DNA from: Octopus sinensis
Taxonomy: Eukaryota
NCBI RefSeq assembly: GCF_006345805.1
Contig: NW_021832156.1
Span: 1 to 32,282 of the forward strand
DNA: 32,282 bases
Reading direction: 5' to 3'
Shown here: positions 1 through 12,402 of the stretch, one piece after another
How positions within the stretch are numbered: position 1 is the stretch's first letter
Layout of the letters: each line of letters opens with the position of its first letter
Notes under the pieces: generated by a model
What the model saw: the letters and a program-made list of their open reading frames with translations, nothing else
Database searches by the model: none
Told to the model about the DNA's origin: nothing
Translations under genes and position numbers: made by a program

Positions 1-1
1 T

Positions 2-124
2 TGCGGTGTTTGCAACAACAGCAGTAACAACAACAACAACAACACCAAAAGAGGCAGTAAGAAGCAGCAGCAGCAACAACAACAACAACAACAAAATGGA
101 GATGGATTCTATGACCGGATGTAG
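2..124 (+). CDS. Possible 3' end of a coding exon (poly-Asn/poly-Gln), open from the window edge
   Basis: Frame from nt 2 reads CGVCNNSSNNNNNNTKRGSKKQ10NGDGFYDRM* (TAG 122-124). Frame 3 is also open. No homology recognised. Confidence 0.25.
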   Translation, partial: CGVCNNSSNNNNNNTKRGSKKQQQQQQQQQQNGDGFYDRM

Positions 125-444
125 TTATACTATGGAAGTGCTTTGATGTCGCCTAGGCTTTTATGGCATGGTTTGAAGTACAAAGAAAATATCACGTGAA
201 CGAAACTGTAGTCTTATTTTAAGAATCCCTGATGTTAATACGCCAAGTGGAAGATTACGTATCTTGCAGCTGAAACTAGTCAGGAAAATTAGATTCAGAA
301 GATCGAATAGATCCTTCCTGTTAACGGAACCTTCTGGAAAGTTCTTCAGGTTTGAAAGCACGCAATACTGCTACTTAAAGGTTTTGATTCGAAATTATTT
401 TCACTCTTAATGCTAACATTCGTGTATAATTTAATAGTTCCAAA

Positions 445-800
<356 letters not shown>

Positions 801-1060
801 TTCTTTATACATTAATACCTGCTACATAATATTCCGAGAAGCGATGAGATAAAAAGTAAAATTTCAAACAATTTTAAACCTAATATATCTGTCTGCCTGT
901 ATTTAATGCTATACTCCAATGTTCGAAAGCATTTTACATGGGCGAATGTAAGCTTTGTGACAGGTAGACATTTCACACGTGGTTTCAATTAACGGCTCAA
1001 TTTTAATGCGATATTAAGTTTCAGTCCCTGTTTGTTTCCCTGAATATTGCATGAAATATT

Positions 1061-1220
1061 TGCCTAGCCGTGTGGTTAAGAGTTTCGCTTCGCAACCAAG
1101 GCTTTTACGATCTCATTGGGTAGTATGTTGTGAAACGATCATCGACTGTAACCTCGAGTTAACAAATGACTTATGGGAGAAAATTCTGTCGACAAAGACT
1201 GTACAAGACCTCGTGGCTTA
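1061..1220 (+). mobile_element. Diverged tRNA-derived SINE (family 2)
   Basis: Head gccgtgtggttaagagtttcgcttcgcaacca resembles the minus-strand head at 9795-9750 (ggctgtgtggtaagtagcttgcttgccaacta). Confidence 0.55.
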
Positions 1221-1225
1221 CACAC

Positions 1226-1724
1226 ACATCATCATTACCATCATTGTTCGACTGTGGTCGAGACAATGGAATTTACTATGTTACGCCAGACTTCACGGTC
1301 CATCATAGCATTACGGAGGTCCTGTTGCTGGATGCCTGTATCCCTGGAGATTACATCAGGGTAGGAGAGTGTGCGCCCCTCTGGTATTGCGAGTAGATGG
1401 CTTCCAGAGGGAAGAGGTAGAAATTACTTCTTTTTCAGCTCTACAACAATGTCCAGCAAACTGGACTCTCCTGCCTTTCACAAGAGATGACACAGGTGGT
1501 AATTTCCCATATATTTGCATTTTGGTTGGATGGCGCTTCCACGAGAGATTTTGAGCTCTCATAAGGAGGCGAGTGTAGGTTCCATCCAACCGCCTCTCAA
1601 TCTTCTTTGATAACGTCCAGGTTTCTGAGCCATATAGTAGAATTGGTTCGACTGTGGCTTTGAATATTTCAAGTTTGAAGTCTCTACTTAGATTTGATGA
1701 CCAGATCTTATGCATGTCATTACA
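1226..1724 (-). mobile_element. 5'-truncated RTE-like non-LTR retrotransposon 3' end
   Basis: Minus strand reads CNDMHKIWSSNL..KLEIFKATVEPILLYGSETWTL..RLDGTYTRLLMRAQNLSW..GHC..LWKPS..(frameshift)..DREVWRNIV..VEQ*, then a short (TGA)n tail. This is the typical post-RT region of RTE-type LINEs. Confidence 0.8.
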
Positions 1725-1998
1725 CACACATACACACACGCGCACGAAGACGCGCACACACATACACATTGCTGAGGTCACCTAAGCAGCCTTTCTATCC
1801 AAATTGTTTTTCACGTAATATTTACGCGATTTTATTCATAGCTCTATTTACTTCGGAATCCATCGTTCCAAAAAAAAAGAGAGTCACTTCATTCACGTTC
1901 TCTCGAAGTTTATAAATTTTTATGACATCAACAATATATAATTCTCCCAGAAAAAAAAGTAAAGTTTCTAAATTTTCTAAAATTCGAAGGATTACTTT

Positions 1999-2060
1999 GC
2001 TTCAGTGGCAGAACGCTAGTCATGTTTACAAGAGATGTGCGTTCGAATCCCGAAGGGTTT
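1999..2060 (+). mobile_element. tRNA-like SINE head relic
   Basis: A-box-like TGGCAGAACG (2006) and B-box GTTCGAATCC (2041-2050); no cloverleaf. Confidence 0.4.
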
Positions 2061-2228
2061 GGCACTAATGTCGTCGCAACAGTTGCTGTCAGAACACAAA
2101 AAGCTGAAGCACATTTAGCAAGGCACTATACGTAACATTTCTGTGAATGGACCAACCTGGGTTCGTTCTACATTACTATCGGACCCGGAAGGATGAAAGT
2201 TAAACTGGACCACAGAGACTTCACACAC

Positions 2229-2276
<48 letters not shown>

Positions 2277-2294
2277 TACATACACACACATAGC

Positions 2295-2520
2295 GATCCT
2301 TTCGACCCCTAAATCAGCCTTAATTGTGTAAATCTATTATAAAGGGCATTCCAACCATGACCATCCTGTCTCAGTTTGTTTTCAGGCAAATTGTGTCAAG
2401 GACTACATTACTTTGGGTTTTCATTCGTTTTGTGATGACAGGGAGCAATTTACAAGATACTCAATGCTATTCTTAGCTGGTCGAGCGGCGACTAATTAGA
2501 AGGCGCTACTTAGGCGCTGT
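2295..2520. repeat. Interspersed repeat, second partial copy at 3707-3746
   Basis: gatcctttcgacccct(a/g)aatcagcc occurs at 2295 and 3707. Confidence 0.5.
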
Positions 2521-3009
2521 ATGGTTATGTTTTGTTGAAAAACTTTTTATATTTGCTTTTAAAGCCTCAAGACTCGCTGATTGAACAACCTTATGATGGA
2601 AAGCATTTCACCCGTAAACATGCAGTCTTTCCCTTTTTCTTTTCTTTTTTAATATCTCCTCCAGTTTTAATTCTCTGAAAGCGGTAAGAGGATATATGAG
2701 CTCGAAATTTTATCCCTGTTAACTGTGGAAAGTGGTTTTACCCAAAACAGCTTTGAAAAGTAAAAGTCTTTCTTTATTCTGCGAGAATCGGGTACACATT
2801 TGGTAGTTGGAGGGCAAGACCACGAATTTTCACGAAATGAACATATACCTTTGAAGTAATAGCCAACTTGTGATAGGGTCCTAAGTTAGAATGCAAAGTA
2901 AGTCAGCAATTGGCACGATTTGAATTGAAGTTCAAATCGCAACGTAAGAAGGTCGTGGTTAGAATACTATGGCGTATAAGCGATTGAGGTTACAGTAATG
3001 TCCCCACAT

Positions 3010-3198
3010 CCCACTGGATGGGATGCCAGTTCAACACGGAATTAACTTCCCAGATATTGCTGAAACAGCTGAATGGACTGAGGCCTCGCGAGATGAAGTG
3101 GTTGCTCAAGAACACAACACATCGCCCGATCCGGGCATCGAAACTACAATCTTACGACCGTGTGTACAAAGCCTTAACCACAAGACCACTTGCCTTCA
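3010..3198 (-). mobile_element. tRNA-derived SINE with a V/Meta-type central domain
   Basis: Minus strand: A-box tggtcttgtggttaagg, B-box-like gtagtttcgatgccc, then gtgttgtgttcttgagcaa..cactt, which resembles conserved SINE central domains. Superfamily assignment is tentative. Confidence 0.6.
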
Positions 3199-3625
3199 CA
3201 TTTAATCCAATCGGTTGCATAAATAAACAGAAAGAAAGAAAGAAAGAAAGAAAGAGAACAAGAACAAGGAGACGCAAAAACAAAACAAAAACAAAATGGG
3301 TGGCTCTGCAGGGTCTTCCATTTATGTAAATAAAAAGGAAGACAATTATCCAAAATCTTCAAACTCTTGGTCATTTGTATTACTTTGTGGCACCCCTCAT
3401 CACCTTCTGGATACCTCCGCCTCTCCTCTTCCTATTCCTGCCCCTTCTTCCCCTCCTCCATTATCAGCAGTGTCCCCCTCCAATAACCCTTCTTCTTCTC
3501 TAACCCTCTCACCTTCCTCACACGAAATGCCAACAATTTCCTTAATCCTTTGCTCTGATAGTCCTTCGGAGACTAATGTGAATCATATCATGGCAGAGTA
3601 TTTCAAACATAGGCGAGCGCACTTA

Positions 3626-3643
3626 TGTCCACACACACACACA

Positions 3644-3697
<54 letters not shown>

Positions 3698-4232
3698 ACA
3701 CATAATGATCCTTTCGACCCCTGAATCAGCCCTTATAGTGTAAACACATCACACACATATACATGCACACACACACATACACACGTATACACACACAAAC
3801 ACACACACACACAAACACAAACACACACACATAAATACATACACACACATACAAGCATATATATCTATATATATACATATGTATATATGTGTGTATATGT
3901 ATGCAGTACATGCAAACATACACACACACAGACTTTTATACATACATGCATGTATGCCTAGTTGTGTATACATACATACACATGCATAAAGGAACGTACT
4001 TATATACAGACGTTTATCCTTGAGCAAAGACGTACACATACATGCATAAGCGTATACATTCACATGCACACACTCCTATATATAAATACGCATGTACATA
4101 CATATATCCCCACACACACACTTGTACACATACATACGTATACACTCGGATATATATGTGTGTATGCATGTATCTCTCTCTCTCTCTCTATCTATCTCTC
4201 TCTCTATCTCTATCTATCTATCTCTCTCTCTG

Positions 4233-4268
<36 letters not shown>

Positions 4269-4288
4269 AAGAAAGAGAGACAGAGAGT

Positions 4289-4368
<80 letters not shown>

Positions 4369-5084
4369 GGATGGATAGACAGCAGACAGACAGACAGATA
4401 TATATATATAGATATATATATATATATATAATATATATATATACATCTATATCGATAGATAGATACATGAGTGGAGATAATAGACACACACACATACACG
4501 CACACATATATATTTGTGTGTATATATGTACATAAATACAGACATACATATGCACTCATACACACACGCATATATATATATTTGTATGTATATATGTACA
4601 AACATATTCATAAACTCACATGCACATACATACACACATACATACATACATACATGCATACATACATGCATACATACACATACATACATACGTACACACA
4701 CATACATACAAACATACATACATGCATTCACACATCTATACATAAACACACACATATACACAAGTGTATATGCGTAACGTATTTAGACAGAAAAACGTAT
4801 CTTTGAACAAAGGCATATCTACACACAAGCACGCATGCATACCACACACATAGGCATGCATACCACACACACATATATACACACATCTGAAAGGCACGCA
4901 GCACGAGCATACTGGCGCCACACACATATTTGTATACAAACACACACACATCTTTAAAAGCGAACGTATATATATATATAGCACACAGGTATATACACAC
5001 GAGCACAAACACACAAACGCGCGCGTGCACACACACTCACTGTAAAGCATATATAGATTATGGACATTCAGATGTGGAACACAC

Positions 5085-5126
<42 letters not shown>

Positions 5127-5165
5127 TACATACATACATACGCACACACCTATAAGCACGCACAT
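3626..5165. repeat. Long compound microsatellite field (CA, TA, CT, GATA, CATA)
   Basis: Directly visible. Confidence 0.95.
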
Positions 5166-5684
5166 ACACACAAAGAGCTCCGAAATTCAAGTAACAAAAC
5201 ATTGATGGTGGTTGTCTGTCAACTGGTGAATGAGTTTGACCATCACTAACAAATTAGCCCAGCCATTAATTAAAGACGGCAGCTGTCATCAATGGTTGTG
5301 CTGAATTTTAAAGTCAATAGCGCAGTTTGCAAGACACCTCAAAGACTCTCACCTATGAAGTCAATTAGTCCAGAACACAAACAAGAGCAAGATCTTCGGG
5401 TTACCTTAACGAGATGTCAAAACAAAGACTAGGATTCTCTCACTGCCACCTGTTTGATGGAGTTTTTTCGTCCTGCAGGGTGTCCAACCAAAACCACCCT
5501 CCTTATAAAACAGGCTTTGTAGGATTGCCGGTTTAGTCGACGACGGCCGTCCATGCGACAGTTTGTACTGCGTTACATGTTCACAATCGCATTAAGAGTA
5601 ACCTGACATACATACACACATACATACATACATACATACATACAACATACATACATACATACTACATACATACATACATACATA

Positions 5685-6036
5685 CTTTGAAAATGAAAGA
5701 AAAGGCGGGTTAACAAGGGGCACCGGCCTCGGATCCTTCAGCTCCTATGCCTAGATAATAAATTCACATTTATACCAAAAATAATTGCTACGCTTAGTTT
5801 TGTCGCTAAATACCTAAGCAACAATTGGGAAAGGCTGAGATTTTTACAAAAAGAAGTCAACCAACTAACACGCAGTTTACAAACATAATCTGTAAGCGGA
5901 ACAGTAAAACTGTGTAAGACTTTCCTCAAGTTCAATATGTGACTTTGGTTTTTTTATCTCCATTCCAGAAATGGAGTTTTGTATCTTTGCTTGAAACCAG
6001 CGTCTCCCTTACAGGACGACAACAAATAATTAAAAC
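5685..6036 (+). mobile_element. 3' fragment of RLE-type non-LTR retrotransposon (family C, copy 1)
   Basis: Reads ..LQLL..KFTFIPKIIATL..LQT*SVSGTVKLCKTFLKFNM* (TGA 5940-5942). The coding part and 3'UTR align with the minus-strand copy at 6582-7312. Confidence 0.75.
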
Positions 6037-6245
6037 GTAAGAGATACATACGTATATCAAAGAAGAAAGTATGTAGGGCCATCCGAGATGGTAACCCATT
6101 AAGAGTGATTCAAGGGTGTAAGTATTTCAAGAATCAGGATGCAATGGAAAATTGCAGGATGTCCACGAAAGCGTGTCATAAATGGAGATAAAAACTGGGA
6201 AACTAACAAAATATAAGACCAAATTAAAGGGTGACGCTACCAAAT

Positions 6246-6483
6246 ATACCTATTTCTTTATTACCCACAAGGGGCTAAACATAGAGGGGACAAACAAGGA
6301 CAGACTTAGGTATTAAGTCGATTACATCGACCCCAGTGCGAAACTGGTACTTAATTTATCGACCCCGAAAGGATGAAAGGCAAAGTCAACCTCGGCAGAA
6401 TTTGAACTGACAACGTAACAACAGACGAAATACCGCTAAGCATTTCATCCGGCGTGCTAACGTTTCTGCCAGCTCGCCGCCTT
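6246..6483 (-). mobile_element. Full-length tRNA-derived SINE (family 1)
   Basis: Minus strand ggcggcgagctggcagaaacgttagc..gttcaaattctgccgaggttgactttgcctttcatcctttcggggtcgataaattaagtaccag..; near-identical to copies at 18582 and 25283. Confidence 0.9.
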
Positions 6484-6521
6484 ATATACCACAAAATACA
6501 CCACCAAATATATCGCACACA

Positions 6522-6565
<44 letters not shown>

Positions 6566-6581
6566 TGTGTGTGCGTGCATG

Positions 6582-7312
6582 TTTTTAATCACTTAAATTC
6601 TTCCTCTGAAGAAGGTGCTGGTTTTTAACAAAGATACAAAGCTCCATCATTGGAATGTATATAACGTAAACAATGTCACATTTTAAACCTGAGAAAAGTT
6701 TTGCATATATTTACTGTTCCGCTTGCTGGTATAAATGTAAATTTGTAATCCGGATATAGAAGCTGGAAGTTTCGAAGCCGTTGTCCATAGTTATCCGCTT
6801 TCTCTTTGATTTTCAAAGAGATATTCACATCAGCAAGACAGCTGACCTCTATGGGGATACATACTTTTACTTGTTTGTCCCAAACAACAATATCTGGCGT
6901 GTTGTTCTTACACTTGACAAATGTTCTGATGGGAATGTTCCACCAGTATTCCTTGTGCTGGTATCTGTGTACATATTCAATAACGGGAATTCTCTCTATT
7001 TTTTCCGAATGGCATTGTATATCGTTTTTGCGACAACGTCATGTCGCATAGGGACTTAGTACCTTGATGACATTTTTGGGCAGCTGCGGATCACATGTGT
7101 GATGTTGTCCTCAGAAATATGACATATTCTACATTTACGGTTGCATCTTCAAACTCCAAGGGTTTCATTCTCTCTTTTCTTGATTAGGTGTTTGGTAACA
7201 ATATCCTCCTATTCTTGGATTGTAAATGCATAACTTTCGAAGGGTGATGTGATGTAACGGTCTCAATGTCAAGAGAGGCTTCGTTTCGTGTCAATATTGC
7301 TATTTTCTTCTA
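6582..7312 (-). mobile_element. RLE-type non-LTR retrotransposon fragment (family C, copy 2): CCHC plus endonuclease
   Basis: Minus strand FESYAFTIQE..KCRICHISEDNITHVIRSCP..RHDVVAK..EYWWNIPI..TPDIVVWD..IEVSC..FQLLYPDYKFTFIP..SGTVNICKTFLRFKM*, with stops and frameshifts. Shows the CCHC and PD..(D/E) RLE motifs. Confidence 0.85.
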
Positions 7313-7370
7313 ACGGCGGTGCATCAGCATGGCCGCAGCCCTGAGCTGAAACTGGAGAGAGAAAAAAAAG
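7313..7370 (+). mobile_element. SINE family 2 3' tail fragment
   Basis: ggcggtgcatcagcatggccgcag matches the tail of the 9594-9795 copy (ggcggtgctccagcatggctgctg). Confidence 0.55.
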
Positions 7371-7654
7371 TCTTCGGGGGACATACCCACGAATGATATT
7401 TTTTTGGTATGCTGAGCGTTTCACCTCTAGGTCTTCTTTGAGGTATGCTAGTCCATTTGATTTAAAGTTGTATGGGAGGGGGCATCAGGAAGGGAATTCT
7501 TCCAGAAGACCTTACTTCTGATACGTAGTATATGGTTTTCTTCACTTTTCAACTGTCGTCGTTTAGCAAATGCTGTCTGAGAAAGACTATGCGACATTCG
7601 AAAACTGTTTACACTGATCTCAAGCCCCTAACTCCTTTATCGCTTTTTTTTTTG

Positions 7655-8178
7655 AGGGCGCTAAAATTAATGCATATTTAAGCAGCAAATAGCACCGAAA
7701 ATACACGTGCTACATACTTATACATTATAATTTTCAAATCCACCACGAAAGTCTGAGGATAACTACAAAAATATTTTTTTTATTCTCATTCTCTTTGAAA
7801 TTGCCCTTATTCGGAGTTTAGGCTTTAACTGCCCTTTCTAGCATGTAAGATGTCTTGTCAAAGGTCACCTCTTTCGTGTATAAATACGTAAATTGTTTAT
7901 ACACTATTATATATGAAAATATGTTGTCTATTGACTTCATTACGCATGCTAGCAACCGGTATGAAAATTTTTCTAAATTTTCTACCCTTATTATTTTCCC
8001 AGTAAAATTTTCGTAGTTTCAAAGCCTTTCTGGTACGCAGTTTTAATTTGTTATTGTTATATGCTGCCGAATGTAACTGCGCTTGCGCGGCGGATTTGAA
8101 AATTATAATGTATAAGTGTGTGGCACGGGTGTTTTCGGTGCTATTTGCTGCATAAATATACATTAGTTTTAGCGCCCT
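7655..8178. mobile_element. MITE-like element with ~87-bp imperfect terminal inverted repeats
   Basis: 7655-7741 is ~85% identical by eye to the reverse complement of 8092-8178; no coding capacity recognised. Confidence 0.6.
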
Positions 8179-8661
8179 TGCTGAAGAAGTACGGATGGCA
8201 AAATAATTTATTTTGCTCATTGATACAGAAACTCGAGTCTGAGGGTAACTACAAAAATATTTTTTATTTTCATTCCCTTTGAAATTGCTCTTATTCGTGG
8301 TTTGCTTTTTAAGTGTCCTTTCTCGCATGTCCTGTCTTAGTAAACTAATTTGGAAATTGAAGGATAGTAAGAAATTATACAAAATACATTGGAAAACACT
8401 TAGTCATACTAGATCGTATAAAATTAAGGATGCTAGACGCAACTTGTCTATAGATGAATTATACCAGTTATTAACATCTAAGAAGAAATTGCTTAATGTA
8501 AGACGTGAGAGTGCTCTATCTTGTACACACTATTCTAAATATGTGTTTTTATAAAATTTTATTGTGTCTATATTTGTACTTGTACGTACGTTTTTGAATA
8601 TGTGAATATATATACATATATGTATATATATGTGTATATATATATATGTATGTATATATAA

Positions 8662-8693
<32 letters not shown>

Positions 8694-8789
8694 GTGTGTA
8701 TGTGTGTGTGTATATATATGTATATACACATATATGTATATGTGTTTGACCCTTCTGTCCGGCACTAGTCGCCATGATCGATCGTTAGC

Positions 8790-8960
8790 CACTACACACA
8801 TTTTTTTTCTCTCCTTGGTTTTTGTGTGTCCCTTTTTGTAGAAGAGCGTAGGCTCGAAACGTAAAATACTTTTTCTATTCCTGAGCGTTGTACAAATACA
8901 TTTGTTTGTTTTGTACACCACCTGTCTTCGTCCTTTGTTTTTTTCGTAAACTCTCCCTAT
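8790..8960 (+). mobile_element. Probable Penelope-like pseudo-LTR fragment with hammerhead-like motif
   Basis: tttttgtagaa-GAGC-gtag-GCTC-GAAA-CG-TA-aaa at 8833-8866 has minimal type-I hammerhead topology with a degenerate core. Confidence 0.45.
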
Positions 8961-8977
8961 GTATATATATATACATA

Positions 8978-9579
8978 CAGTTCAAAGCCACAGCCACCCA
9001 TTGCACCCATTAAAACTAAGGACTTAGTTTTAATGGATCCTAGAGCATTATCCTGATGAAACAAGATCCTTTTGTCAGTTTTCCGGTATATTTGACCTTT
9101 CCTCGCTGCCCTAGCAAGTTTACATAGTACTCTCCATTGATGGTGTGACCTTTGGCTTTGTTTGAAGCACACGAGGAGAGATATTTCCACTACATGGATT
9201 GTTTCTTTATCATTGGTTGAAAGTGATGAAGCGAACCCTCATCCTGGCGCAGAAAATGTTCAAAGAAATCAGCCGGATTTGCCTCATACAATACCAGATT
9301 TTTCCGATGGTGTCATCTACCTGGTGCACTTTTGATCAGGTATCAGATGACATGGCACCCAACAAGCAGAAACCTTCATCATGCTAAGTTCATTGTGCAG
9401 AATATTTTCAACTCTCTCACGGGATATGTTAATAGCGCTGGTTATTTGATTTAAAGTCAATTCGCCTGTCATCCATCACCATGCAGTGAGCACAATCAAT
9501 GTTACAGGACCTCCAGACCTTAAGTCATCTTCAAGACTCTCTCTTCCCCTCCTAAATTCAGCTGTCCCCTTTTGCACTT
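8978..9579 (-). mobile_element. Decayed, internally deleted mariner (Tc1/mariner) transposase
   Basis: Minus strand EFRRGRESLEDD.RSG..DDRR..ISRERVENILHNELSMMKVSACWVPCHL..QDE..KQSM*WK..KAK/GHTINGEYY..ILFHQDNA..KSLV..CGFEL. WVPxxL and HQDNA are mariner hallmarks; the YSPDL motif is absent (truncated). Confidence 0.85.
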
Positions 9580-9593
9580 TTTATTTGTTTGTA

Positions 9594-9795
9594 ATTTGAC
9601 AGCAGCCATGCTGGAGCACCGCCTTTAGTCGAGCAAGTCGACCCCAGGACTTATTCTTTGTAAGCCTAGTCACAAGGCCTTGGTCGGCCCGAGGCTATAG
9701 TAAAAGACACTTGCCGAAGGTGCCACGCAGTGGGACGGAACACGGAACCATGTAGTTGGCAAGCAAGCTACTTACCACACAGCCACTCCTGCGCC
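9594..9795 (-). mobile_element. tRNA-derived SINE (family 2), probably internally deleted
   Basis: Head ggcgcaggagtggctgtgtggtaagtagc..gttccgtcccactgcgtggcacc joined directly to tail gaataagtcctggggtcgac..ccagcatggc. Confidence 0.75.
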
Positions 9796-10789
9796 ACTGT
9801 TGATAATCCTGCAGAATCATCCCCTAATGTAGCAACCATGTCAACATGAGGGTCTTTGGGGGTCTAAACCCTTTTCCTGCTGGTACTACGATGCCACATC
9901 TTGTCCATTTCCAGAAGATGCTACTAGTTACTTGTATAGTCTTCTCTGAACAGTCAGATGTCAGTTTACCAGGAATTAAATAACGCAGATTAGTGCATGC
10001 GCGATTTCACAGCTCAATCATCACTCCTTCATATTCAGCATATGAACTTCAAAACACTTGGATAATATGCAAGGTCGAAGCTAACGGGTAAGATTTGAAC
10101 TCGTTCATTAATCAACGAGATTAATAACTGCTCAGCGCGTTTCCATCTTATCCACCTTCACAAACCTGATAATAATATCAAAATGAATTACCTTTAAAGG
10201 GCAGAAATCCAATAGTTAAGCATATCGATGAGAATATCATCAGGGTTTAGTGCTGGAAAAGTAATCGATAAAGAGCGTCAGAAAGAATAGAGTCTAATTA
10301 GAGATTTTAGAGAAGATTGTGCTTCCAAATACCCAAGACTCCTTTGAGTAGGTTGTATAATTTTCAGATGGATAAGGACAGAAAATATACCGTAATAAAA
10401 ATAAAGAAACGCATAAATAGCATGAAAACATGAAGGCGGCACTGAGCGACATAATCCGTCGATTGCAATCCGAAAAAATAAAAACCATTAGGAAAATGGG
10501 TCGACATGAGTACACAACAAAGGAAATTTATGAAATTCTGTAAATCATTTGATTATCCCCGCAAAACAAAACACGAAAAAAATGTGGTGGTGTTGGGGGA
10601 CCCAGGTCTTGTAATCAGAAGGTTATAGATTCAATGTTTCGTAGATGTGATACCGATTTGCGAAATTTTCGATGCCAGATCAAATATTTTTCCTTGAGCC
10701 GTTGGACTCATCAGGCCAGTTAACCGGTTTCTTTAGTCTATAAGTGACCAAGATCGCAATATTCTCTTGAATGGGAGGCCAGTCTGTTT

Positions 10790-10985
10790 TAGGGTCCAAG
10801 GCCAACAATTTTGAGGGGAGGAGTACAAGTCGATTACCTCAATCCCCAGTACTTGACTAGTACTTTATTTTATTGACCCCGAAACGATGATCTCGACAGG
10901 ATCTGAACTCAAGACATAAATATCCGGAAGAAATGCTGCTAAAAATTTTGTCCGATATTCCATCGATTCTGCCAGCTCACCGCCT
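10790..10985 (-). mobile_element. Diverged family 1 SINE
   Basis: gattctgccagctcaccgcct end, and gaccccgaa/tgaactc core shared with the 6246 copy. Confidence 0.7.
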
Positions 10986-11841
10986 TTCATCAAATATTGG
11001 CGTCCATAATTTAATTCTTCTCCATCTTTAATGCTTATATTACATGTTCATAAAAAAAATATGTGTTCTGATATTCATTACTGTTCATTACTGTTGTGTT
11101 GTTGATACTGCCAATAATTTCATTAGGCTAATTTAAAATTTTCCTATTTTAATTGACACCACGAAAAAGAGTAAAAATAACGAACTAACATTGTTCACGT
11201 CCGGATCGAATAGTGATTAAAATACATAGAAATAATTAACACTTAATCATTAGTAAATTCTGTCTTTAAATTAAGTGAAAGCAATATGTATATATGTGTG
11301 TGTGAGAGAGAGAGAGAGAGAGTATATAGATAGGTTGATAAATAGATAAATGAGTATGTGTATGTATATATGCGTATATACATACATATGTGCACCCATA
11401 TGTTGCATCATATCAACACTGGCACATCCTCGCAGAAAGAGGGAGAGAGAGAGAGAGATTAAGAAAAATAAAGAGTTAAATAAGAGTGGGGAAGGCTTCC
11501 TTCCCCACTCATTCGTCCATCAAACTCTTAAGTTCAACTGAAAGAAAGATGAGCATTTCATTTCATCCTTTCCAGCCCCGCAATCTCTGGAATATCTTGA
11601 AACTAAGCCCACCAACCCACAAAGGAAAAACAAATATGAAAAACGGTAAAAGCAAAAAGGGGTAAAAAAAAAAAAAAAATAGGAAAACCAAATGTTCAAC
11701 AAGTTTGTCGAAGGGTTTGTGTAACAAATGTCCCCTGTTCCATCGTGACAGAGGTCTTCCCCCCACCACCGAGACTCTATGTACGTTTGTCGTTGCTAAT
11801 ATGTTTGCTTGTTTACCTATTCCAATGTTGACGCAGCCGCA

Positions 11842-11969
11842 ATGGAGGGTTGCGAAGAGAAGAAAAATGATGTCGGCGGCGGAGGGAGAAGAAGAAGGAG
11901 GAGCAGGTCATTCTCTCCCTATTTGTTGACTGACAATTCCGATTACAGTAACTATGTCAATTTGCCGAG
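11842..11969 (+). CDS. Candidate first coding exon of an unrecognised gene
   Basis: gccgcaATGG start with an in-frame upstream TAA. Reads MEGCEEKKNDVGGGGRRRRRSRSFSPYLLTDNSDYSNYVNLP and ends AG|GTAACG (phase 2). Confidence 0.45.
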
Positions 11970-12286
11970 GTAACGATCGCCGTCTCTATTTACCCCTCCC
12001 CTCACCACCACCACCACCACCACCACCACCACCACACACGCACAAACCACAATCAAACCCAGTCACTCCCACTTCATCTCATCCCCCATCACACTCTTAC
12101 TCTCTTTCTTTCTCTCTCTCTCTCTCTCACTCTCCATCTCCCCTTCTGCTTATGTAAGTGTGTGTGTGTGTCTGTCTGTATGTGTGCATCCGCGCACATA
12201 TACACTCATATAAATACAAGTCTGTGTCTGTGATGTGTGTGAGTACATACACAAATACATACATACATATGTACGTATGCATGTAC

Positions 12287-12325
<39 letters not shown>

Positions 12326-12330
<5 letters not shown>

Positions 12331-12366
12331 TACACACACACGCACACATATATATATATATATATT

Positions 12367-12402
<36 letters not shown>

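Noticed and set aside
1999-2060. Possible tRNA gene
   Set aside because: A and B boxes only; stems do not form a cloverleaf, so treated as a SINE head.
2916-2939. 9-bp hairpin
   Set aside because: Isolated and AT-rich; plausible by chance.
3296-3724. 142-aa Ser/Pro-rich ORF
   Set aside because: Derives from a pyrimidine-rich low-complexity tract and a CA repeat; no homology or donor site.
7897-8382. 161-aa minus-strand ORF
   Set aside because: Runs across the inverted and direct repeats; no recognisable motif.
10190-10545. Possible transposase remnant (MKAALSDIIRRLQSEK..)
   Set aside because: No diagnostic motif could be matched.
10700-10738. Minus-strand GAAACCGGTTA..CTGATGAGTCC resembling a permuted hammerhead
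   Set aside because: Stems I and II cannot be closed in the required positions.
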